Made by a program: the position numbers and the translations under genes. Shown one piece after another: positions 18,331-25,654 of a stretch of DNA of 64,000 nucleotides; position 1 is the first letter of the stretch, and every line of letters starts with the position of its first letter. Under the pieces are notes generated by a model. The model had not been told where the DNA came from. It did no database searches and saw only the letters and a list, made by a program, of their open reading frames with translations. This DNA is from Flavobacteriales bacterium UBA7690 (GTDB lineage: Bacteria; Bacteroidota; Bacteroidia; Flavobacteriales_F; PHOS-HE28), in assembly GCA_002482775.1 (NCBI GenBank), contig DLGQ01000002.1:22729-86728 (forward strand). The letters run 5' to 3'.

Positions 18331-20592
18331 ATGAGACCAATACGCTTGTTACTCGCCACGCTCGTCATGGTGCTGGGGGTTACTGGATCGAAAGCACAGT
18401 CCTTCACCTATGTGATCCAGGGGACTCTTGCACAATGCGCACCGGGCTCCACCGTGATCGTAGTAGACCTGTTCTCGGGAGCGACGGACACGATCACTGT
18501 GGAGAACGACTGCACGTTCGGCGCCGAGTTCACCACACAGCTACCTACTGGTCTGTGGGAATTCCAGACCAGTTGCGCCAACGGAGCGAACCATACCGTG
18601 ACCGTTGCGGCCGACCTGCAGGTTGACTCGACAACAGTAGAGGTGAATGTGACCCTGGCGTGCCCAGAGAACGTGGTGGATTGCAACGGTGTGCTCGGGG
18701 GATCGGCGTTGATCGGCACACCCTGCGACGACGGTGAGGATTCCACCTTGCTGGATAGCTGGCAGGCCGATTGTTCATGCGTGGGGATCGACTCTTCACT
18801 CATCGTCCTGGACTGCACGGGCATGCCCAATGGTCCTAACCAACCAGGGACACCTTGCATCGTGGATCCCGCGTTGCCCGTACTTCCCATCGGCATCTGG
18901 AGCAACGATTGCCAGTGCATCGCCGATAGTACGTTCACGTTCACCGACTGTCTCGGCGTTGTGAATGGATCGAACCTTTCGGGTACACCCTGCGATGATG
19001 GCGAAGAGAACACGACCGTGGACCTGTGGGACGCTTCCTGCCAGTGTGTCGGCTACGACTTCACACAAGTGACCTACGATTGCCTGGGCATCGCGTTCGG
19101 CAACAACTTGCCTGGTACGCCCTGCATCACGGACCCGCTTCTCCCTGTTCTTCCGGTGGGTGTGTGGAGCGCCGATTGTGTGTGCATCGCCGACACGGCC
19201 GTGGTCACGCTGTTTGATTGCCTCGGTATCCCCAACGGTCCCAACACAGCCGGCAGCGCATGTGACGATGGTTCGACCTCGACCGTCAACGACATCTGGT
19301 ATCCCGGCTGCTTCTGCGCAGGCACGGATACCACGACGATAACGGATTGCCTGGGTGAGCCCAACGGCCCGAACAATCCCGGCGCACCGTGCTATGATCC
19401 GAATTCACCCTTCGACTTAGGCTATTGGGACTTGAACTGCATTTGCGTGATCGACACCATGGCCAACCCCGTGGATTGTCTGGGCATTCCCGGTGGGCCG
19501 AACATGCCCGGCCTCCCATGCAGCTTGCTCCCCGATAGCTCGAACACCGTGGTAGGGATCTGGGGACCGAATTGTATCTGCTACGCGAACACCTTCGATT
19601 GCCTCGGCACCCCTGGTGGTGGCGCACTGCCCGGAACGGACTGCACGAGCATCGCACAGGATGGCACGATCCACGCCGGTATCTGGGGCCTTGATTGCTT
19701 CTGCTACGGCGACAGCATCAACTACGTGACGGACTGCCTTGGTCAACCGAATGGGCAGAACCTGCCCGGTACCCCTTGCATCGTTGACGGATCCTTCCCG
19801 GTGCTCCCCATCGGCATCTGGAGCGCGGACTGCCTATGCATAGCTGACTCCACCTCGACCTACATCGATTGCCTCGGCATCGAGAACGGACCCAACACGA
19901 TCGGCTCCGTATGCGACACGGGGAACCCGAACGTACTAGGATATTGGAACAGTGCATGCCAGTGCGAAGCGTACACGATGCCACCTTGCACCGCGGGTTT
20001 CATCGTGACACCGGGTATCGTGGACACCACGGGAAGCGGACCCGTTCAGTTGTGGATCTGGAACACCAGCTATGGTGGAACCGGAAGCTACACCTACGCA
20101 TGGGACTTCGGCGATGGCAGCACGTCCAACGACTCCTGGCCGAAGCACGACTATGAGGACTTCGGTCCATACCTGCTGTGCCTGACGATCACCGATGGTG
20201 CCGGATGCACGAGCACCTATTGCGATACACTGGCGGTGGATGAGAACGGCCTGTTCCGAGACCGCACAGCCGGGTTCTCTGTGCGGGTGATGGCGGGTGA
20301 AGCACCCACCGGCATGGATGAATCCACAACCCGCGGATCCGAGCTGAGCCTTTGGCCGAATCCGGCGTCTGACCGCGTAAGCATCACGTTCGACCAGGCC
20401 ACTTCAGGAGCGGTAAGCATCCGCGTGATCGACGTGGATGGACGTGTGGTGGCCGAGGAGCAGCGAAGTATTGCCGGAGGAAATGTCCGGATCGACCTCG
20501 CCACCGACAGTTGGCCCACAGGGGTCTACCTCGTGCGTATCCAGAGCGGCGAAGCCCTGCTGACCGGACGACTGGTGAAGACCGCCCGATAA
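18331..20592 (+). CDS. T9SS-secreted protein: N-terminal Cys module, ten 4-Cys repeats, PKD domain, T9SS CTD
   Basis: Signal peptide from ATG 18331 (MRPIRLLLATLVMVLGVTGSKAQS). PKD-like YTYAWDFGDGSTS...YLLCLTITDGAGC. CTD LSLWPNPASDRVSITF...VYLVRIQ. Confidence 0.8.
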   Translation: MRPIRLLLATLVMVLGVTGSKAQSFTYVIQGTLAQCAPGSTVIVVDLFSGATDTITVENDCTFGAEFTTQLPTGLWEFQTSCANGANHTVTVAADLQVDSTTVEVNVTLACPENVVDCNGVLGGSALIGTPCDDGEDSTLLDSWQADCSCVGIDSSLIVLDCTGMPNGPNQPGTPCIVDPALPVLPIGIWSNDCQCIADSTFTFTDCLGVVNGSNLSGTPCDDGEENTTVDLWDASCQCVGYDFTQVTYDCLGIAFGNNLPGTPCITDPLLPVLPVGVWSADCVCIADTAVVTLFDCLGIPNGPNTAGSACDDGSTSTVNDIWYPGCFCAGTDTTTITDCLGEPNGPNNPGAPCYDPNSPFDLGYWDLNCICVIDTMANPVDCLGIPGGPNMPGLPCSLLPDSSNTVVGIWGPNCICYANTFDCLGTPGGGALPGTDCTSIAQDGTIHAGIWGLDCFCYGDSINYVTDCLGQPNGQNLPGTPCIVDGSFPVLPIGIWSADCLCIADSTSTYIDCLGIENGPNTIGSVCDTGNPNVLGYWNSACQCEAYTMPPCTAGFIVTPGIVDTTGSGPVQLWIWNTSYGGTGSYTYAWDFGDGSTSNDSWPKHDYEDFGPYLLCLTITDGAGCTSTYCDTLAVDENGLFRDRTAGFSVRVMAGEAPTGMDESTTRGSELSLWPNPASDRVSITFDQATSGAVSIRVIDVDGRVVAEEQRSIAGGNVRIDLATDSWPTGVYLVRIQSGEALLTGRLVKTAR
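18679..19968 (+). repeat. ten tandem ~41-46-codon coding repeats (DCxGxxxGxNxxGxxC...W...CxC)
   Basis: Repeat units start at residues 154, 198, 243, 287, 333, 376, 419, 460, 505 and 550 of the track ORF (numbered from 18220). The first five units alternate between CDDGE-type and IxDPxLPVLPxGxW-type. Confidence 0.85.
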
Positions 20593-20607
20593 GAACCGGT
20601 CATTCAA

Positions 20608-20647
20608 GGAACGAGGCGTACCGGTCTGGTGTGCCTCGTCCTATTTT
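20608..20647 (+). terminator. probable intrinsic terminator after the repeat-protein gene
   Basis: Stem ACGAGGC/GCCTCGT, extended by GGA/TCC with a 1-nt bulge, around a 15-nt loop. It is followed by CCTATTTT. Confidence 0.5.
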
Positions 20648-20741
20648 GAGGGCTATGACCAAATAAAAGACCTAGGCTACCCAACCCCGGAGCAATACGC
20701 AGCGTGAATGGTATTGAACCGCGAACTACAACCACACCTCC

Positions 20742-22706
20742 ATGCGAACGAAACTCCGCTCCCTAGTCTTCGGGATAGCCACAGCGCTTGTTAGCGCTGT
20801 TAGTGCGCAATACCCCTACTACGTCACCGTCTCTGGCCATGTGAACCAATGCAACCCGGTGATCGCCGGTGGGCATGTTACCATCGTTAGCGGCGATGGC
20901 GCCGAACCGACCTACGTCCTGGAGGTCGAATTGAACGAGAACTGCTACTACACGCACACCTTCGGCACATTCACTGCAGCGAGCACTTTCTCAGTGTACG
21001 GCAGCTGTATGAACGGGACATCGACGAACAATAGCGGCAGCTATACCGCAGATACCATCGACCCGGTATTCGTCACTCTGGATCTGACTTGCGAAGCGTT
21101 GGAGGACTGCGAAGGAGAGGTGGGTGGTACCGCATTGCCTGGCACCCCTTGTGATGATGGCGATCCAGGAACTTTTTTCGATTCCTGGAGCCCCGGATGC
21201 CAGTGCCTCGGGGGACCGGATGAGGACAACTATATCACCGTGAGTGGAACGGTGATCGGCTGTACGGGTGCGGGGATGCCAGTCCGGATCATCGGTGCAG
21301 GGACACCTTGGGTGGATGAGATCGTCTACACCGATGCGAACTGCGGATACACCTATACGTTCTATTCCATAGGTGAGACCGGCATGATCGAAGTCAACGC
21401 GAGTTGTGATGGCGGCATTACGATGAACATCGAGAACGCACCCTGGACAATGAACCCCAGTTCGGTGACCATCGACCTAGAATGCCAGAACACGACCACC
21501 TACAACGTCACCGTCCAAGGCTCTGTAAGCCCGTGCGAGTTGCTTGATAACACTGTTACCGTGCGCTGCACAAGTTGCATCCCGTGGGTAGAGACCTCTG
21601 TTCCCGTTGATGCCAACTGCAACTATTCCACGGTGCTCAATGTCCCTGACCAGACAGGCACCATCGTAGTAGCGACCGGATGTTCCAACGGATCGGTTCC
21701 GAACAACACCACCCAGTACATCGTTAACTCCGGGCAGACAGGCACGATGATCACACTGCTGCTCACCTGCGCACCGGCTCCTGGCGAGGCGTGTTTCACC
21801 GTGGAACAGACAGAACCGTTCGTCGGCCAATTTACCAACTGTAGCACCGGGTGCTTGCCTCCGTTCACTTTCGTATGGGACTTCAGTGGCCCCAGCGGAG
21901 GTACGCAGGAAGGAGACAGTATCTCCTACACCTTCCCTGGTCCGGGAACCTACGCGGTCTGCCTCAATGTCACGGGCTTGGATCAGTGTATCGCAAGTAC
22001 CTGCCAAGAAGTGATCGTCGATGCCAACGGCACCATCAATCCCAGCACCACTGACCCTTGCGAAGCCGACTTCTGGGTGATCCAAGCGTATCAGAACAAC
22101 GATACCATCGGCGGAGAGCCCATCCCCAACGAACTGTGGATCTGGAACCTCAGCAGTGGCGGAACGGGCAACTTCCAATTCCTCTGGAGCTTCGGCGATG
22201 GCACCAGCAGCAGCGAACCTTTCCCCAGCCACACTTACGAAGCGAACGGCCCCTACACGTTGTGCCTGACCATGACCGACGATGCCGGTTGCAGCAGCAC
22301 ACATTGCCAAGACATCAGTATCGATGATGATGGTTTCATCGACGGCATGATCCTCGAAGGTGGAGTCCACACCGTACAAGGTCCTCGATCGTTGGGCTTC
22401 ACCATCAACGTGATCAACCCGTTGACCATGGCGGTACCTGAATTGGCCGACCTCACCGAACTGAACCTGTGGCCGAACCCGACACAAGACCGTTTGGATG
22501 TCATGTTCAACAGTGTGAAAAGCGGTCAAGTCCGCACCGAGGTGGTCGACATGAACGGTCGGCGGGTAGCTGGCACCATGCACCAACTGGTGCATGGCAA
22601 GAACCGCATCCAGCTAGAGGTGTCGGACCTGCCCGCCGGCATGTACCTGCTCCGTATCGGCGAAGGCGCACAGAACGTTGTGCAGCGCTTCGTGAAAGCC
22701 GACTGA
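20742..22706 (+). CDS. T9SS-secreted paralogue: three N-terminal Cys modules, one 4-Cys repeat, two PKD-like domains, T9SS CTD
   Basis: Signal peptide; one DCEGEVGGTALPGTPCDDGDPGTFFDSWSPGCQCLG unit; PKD-like FQFLWSFGDGTSS...YTLCLTMTDDAGC; CTD LNLWPNPTQDRLDVMF...MYLLRIG. Confidence 0.8.
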   Translation: MRTKLRSLVFGIATALVSAVSAQYPYYVTVSGHVNQCNPVIAGGHVTIVSGDGAEPTYVLEVELNENCYYTHTFGTFTAASTFSVYGSCMNGTSTNNSGSYTADTIDPVFVTLDLTCEALEDCEGEVGGTALPGTPCDDGDPGTFFDSWSPGCQCLGGPDEDNYITVSGTVIGCTGAGMPVRIIGAGTPWVDEIVYTDANCGYTYTFYSIGETGMIEVNASCDGGITMNIENAPWTMNPSSVTIDLECQNTTTYNVTVQGSVSPCELLDNTVTVRCTSCIPWVETSVPVDANCNYSTVLNVPDQTGTIVVATGCSNGSVPNNTTQYIVNSGQTGTMITLLLTCAPAPGEACFTVEQTEPFVGQFTNCSTGCLPPFTFVWDFSGPSGGTQEGDSISYTFPGPGTYAVCLNVTGLDQCIASTCQEVIVDANGTINPSTTDPCEADFWVIQAYQNNDTIGGEPIPNELWIWNLSSGGTGNFQFLWSFGDGTSSSEPFPSHTYEANGPYTLCLTMTDDAGCSSTHCQDISIDDDGFIDGMILEGGVHTVQGPRSLGFTINVINPLTMAVPELADLTELNLWPNPTQDRLDVMFNSVKSGQVRTEVVDMNGRRVAGTMHQLVHGKNRIQLEVSDLPAGMYLLRIGEGAQNVVQRFVKAD

Positions 22707-22725
22707 AGAACTTAACTTGTTCGTG

Positions 22726-22757
22726 AAGGGCGCTTCCCCACCCGGGAAGCGCCCTTT
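22726..22757 (+). terminator. intrinsic terminator (12-bp stem AAGGGCGCTTCC / GGAAGCGCCCTT)
   Basis: Perfect 12-bp GC-rich stem with a 7-nt loop, followed by a short T-stretch, 20 nt after the stop at 22706. Confidence 0.75.
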
Positions 22758-22772
22758 CGGACGAACGGAACC

Positions 22773-23330
22773 ATGGTGAACGATTCGCTGCTCACACGTT
22801 GTGCCCGTCGGGAGACGAAGGCGCAATACGAGCTCTATCGTGAACTCTATCCGCTCATGATGTCCATCTGCACACGCTACGAGCGCAACCGACAGGATGC
22901 CACCGCGCGGATGAACCAAGGCTACTTGAAGGTCCTTCAGAATCTGGACAAACGCAGACCCGAAGTCCCGTTCGAAGCTTGGGTGCGGAGGATCATGATC
23001 AACACCGTGATCGATGCGTTCCGGCGCGAACGCGAGCGCAAGAGCAACGAGATCCTGGGCGATCCACCGAACGAACTACCGGGAGCGGACATCAACGAAT
23101 ACTTGCAGCACATGGAAGCCGAAGCCTTCGCGCGGATGTTGCACCAGGTACCGCCGATGTCGCGCAACGTCTTCAACCTGTTCGCGGTGGACGGCTTTGC
23201 GCACGCCGAGATCGCGGAAATGCTGGGCATCAGCGTGGGTACCTCGAAGTGGCACGTGTCCAGCGCGCGTAACATCCTTCAACAAGCGATCGCCAAGCTG
23301 GCGGTCAACACGAAAAGCACGGTGCGATGA
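22773..23330 (+). CDS. ECF-type RNA polymerase sigma factor
   Basis: 185 aa. Region 2 (FEAWVRRIMINTVIDAFRR) and region 4 HTH (GFAHAEIAEMLGISVGTSKWHVSSAR). Confidence 0.85.
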   Translation: MVNDSLLTRCARRETKAQYELYRELYPLMMSICTRYERNRQDATARMNQGYLKVLQNLDKRRPEVPFEAWVRRIMINTVIDAFRRERERKSNEILGDPPNELPGADINEYLQHMEAEAFARMLHQVPPMSRNVFNLFAVDGFAHAEIAEMLGISVGTSKWHVSSARNILQQAIAKLAVNTKSTVR

Positions 23331-25003
23331 GCGACCAACATGAATTCGATGAACTGGCCCGGCGCAAGCTGGATGAGCGCCAGTTCCACCTCAACGAGGA
23401 CGATTGGCTCGCCGCACAACGGTTGATCCAGGCGGATCGCCCTGCGTCACGTGGCTTACGGAACACCATCATCGCCTCGCTGTTGCTCATCGGCGCGGGG
23501 ATGTGGTGGGCTTGGCCTTCAGAACCGGCGGCGGATATGGAGATGGCTGAAGTTGAACGATCAGGGATCTTGAAAACCGAAGAGGAGGATCGGCATTCCT
23601 CGGAAAAGAACGTTGCTGTTGCAGTTGGAACACCGGAACAGCGCACGCCGTTGGATGATCTTCACCATACTTCTTCAGCGGTGAAGCCGGTGGATCCATC
23701 GGTTGACCCACAAGTGAGAATGCCTTCACCAGAACAAGTGTCGCACACCGCACCGAAAACACGCGTCCCAACCGCGCCCAAGCCCCGAGCGCAGGAACCG
23801 ACCGACGTTAATGTAGAGTACAAGAACAAGAACACCACTGCGACACTAGGAGATCCACGCATCACCAACGCTGCGCCTCCCGTTGCGCAGAATGAGGATG
23901 AGGACGACCAGGATCTTCCTGATCCATCAACATCCAATGAACCACTGGAGGTTCATGTGAACGCAACAACAGATAAGTCTTCGACATCTACAACGATCGA
24001 CCGGCATGAACCATCCATCGGAACGGTGGGTGCGAACCTCGCTTTGGATAGCCTGGCCACTGGTGCGATGCCCGCGCCCGATACTACAGCATTGACCACT
24101 TATTATTCCATAGCGGATGGCGCAGCTCTTCCTACGACTTTCACTTCCGACACGGTTGCCATTCAACCAACGGACACCCTCGCCCAAGACAGCACGGCTA
24201 CCGCTTCAGTACCACCCGTTCCACCGCTTGTAACGGCGAATTCTCCATGGGAAGTCGGCATACTGGGCGGCGCATTGCGATCCAGCAGCACGTACACCGG
24301 CGGCACGAGTGAACTATGGCGCGATGGTTCACGAAGCCGATGGGCACCCACCTTCGGAGCCGAGATCATGCACATGGGCCGCAACTTCGGCATCGGCACT
24401 GGCCTGCATCTCGCCACCTATGCGGAGGATCTTGATGTGGGTTCTAGAAGCATCACCACCACGAGTTTCCGCGACAGCAATTATTTCCAGTCGATCGATA
24501 CGACCCTTCTGATCGTTGTGGGAACCACACAGATCGGAGGCCAGACGTATTACATCACCCAGCCGTTCTACACCACGGTGCAAGTCCTGGTCAACGGCAC
24601 AGCCACCACCATCAGTACGCAAGAGCTTGTGCGGGCGATGAAAGCCAGCAATCGCATCAGTTACGTGGAGATACCGTTGCTCGCTGATGCGCACTTGGAT
24701 CAAGGGGCTTGGTCGTTCGGTGTTCGCGGCGGCCCTACCGTAGGGCTGCTCACCAGTCGCAGCGGAGCGTTGCCCAGCACCGTTTCCGATGGATCCCTCA
24801 CCAACGACGAGCGCACCTTCAAGAGCACTGTGTTCGGCGTCACCGGTCGCGCGTATCTACGCTACCGCTTCAACAGCGGCTGGTCTGTTGGTGCAGAACC
24901 CACATACCGTATGCATTTCGGCAACGCGCTGGAGGGCGGGGACATCATCCGGCGCAATGCTGGCTGGGGAGGACAACTCAGCCTGACCTACAGGCTTCGC
25001 TGA
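23327..25003 (+). CDS. putative anti-sigma-like protein: short cytoplasmic N-terminus, one TM, long P/T/S/D-rich linker, C-terminal beta-barrel-like domain
   Basis: ATGA overlap with the sigma gene. TM IIASLLLIGAGMWWAW. The linker is low-complexity. The last ~250 aa show alternating beta-strand patterns and end ...GGQLSLTYRLR. Confidence 0.55.
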   Translation: MSDQHEFDELARRKLDERQFHLNEDDWLAAQRLIQADRPASRGLRNTIIASLLLIGAGMWWAWPSEPAADMEMAEVERSGILKTEEEDRHSSEKNVAVAVGTPEQRTPLDDLHHTSSAVKPVDPSVDPQVRMPSPEQVSHTAPKTRVPTAPKPRAQEPTDVNVEYKNKNTTATLGDPRITNAAPPVAQNEDEDDQDLPDPSTSNEPLEVHVNATTDKSSTSTTIDRHEPSIGTVGANLALDSLATGAMPAPDTTALTTYYSIADGAALPTTFTSDTVAIQPTDTLAQDSTATASVPPVPPLVTANSPWEVGILGGALRSSSTYTGGTSELWRDGSRSRWAPTFGAEIMHMGRNFGIGTGLHLATYAEDLDVGSRSITTTSFRDSNYFQSIDTTLLIVVGTTQIGGQTYYITQPFYTTVQVLVNGTATTISTQELVRAMKASNRISYVEIPLLADAHLDQGAWSFGVRGGPTVGLLTSRSGALPSTVSDGSLTNDERTFKSTVFGVTGRAYLRYRFNSGWSVGAEPTYRMHFGNALEGGDIIRRNAGWGGQLSLTYRLR

Positions 25004-25036
25004 ACAAGTGGATCACAGTGCCGAACTTGCGGCACC

Positions 25037-25654
25037 ATGACCAACCAACTCACGCTCCTCTTCAGTTGTGCGTGCTTGCTATTCGCGTCATGCGGAAGTA
25101 CGATGAACGACCACCGATCCACGGCTGACCATTTGGACGAACTGCCAGCCATCGTCATGCCCGGTATGCTCCGCGCTGTGATCGAGATCCCCGCTGGTAC
25201 CGTGGAGAAGCGCCAATACGATCCCGCAACGAACACGTTCCCGATAGATGAGCGCAACGGTGTTCCGCGTCGTATCGCCTTCCTGCCTTACCCGGCGAAC
25301 TACGGCTTCATTCCGGGCACCAAGATGAACAAGGAAGAAGGTGGAGATGGCGACGCGGTGGATGTTTTCGTGATCTGCGGCGCGGTCCCCAGCGGCACGG
25401 TGATGGTGGTGGAACCCATAGGCATCATTGAATTGCTCGATGCCGGAGAGCGCGATGATAAATTGATCGCATTGCCCGTGGACTCAGCCTTACGCACCAT
25501 TGAAGCGGATGACATCCACGAACTGCCGCAAGCCGCGCGGGACATCCTCGTGACCTGGTTGCTCAACTACGACCCTGCGGATGGAGCAGAGCTGATCGCT
25601 GTGAAAGGCAAGGCCGATGCGCTTGCTACTGTGGAGCGCTGGATCACGAAGTGA
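25037..25654 (+). CDS. ppa: family I inorganic pyrophosphatase with lipoprotein-type signal peptide
   Basis: EIPAGTVEKRQYD, YPANYGFIPGT, GDGDAVDVFV and DDKLIA motifs. The N-terminus LLFSCACLLFASCGS is signal/lipobox-like. Confidence 0.8.
   Translation: MTNQLTLLFSCACLLFASCGSTMNDHRSTADHLDELPAIVMPGMLRAVIEIPAGTVEKRQYDPATNTFPIDERNGVPRRIAFLPYPANYGFIPGTKMNKEEGGDGDAVDVFVICGAVPSGTVMVVEPIGIIELLDAGERDDKLIALPVDSALRTIEADDIHELPQAARDILVTWLLNYDPADGAELIAVKGKADALATVERWITK

Noticed and set aside
21477-22595. 372-aa minus-strand ORF inside the second T9SS cargo gene
   Set aside because: Antisense to a gene with a signal peptide, PKD motifs and a T9SS CTD. It has no features of its own.
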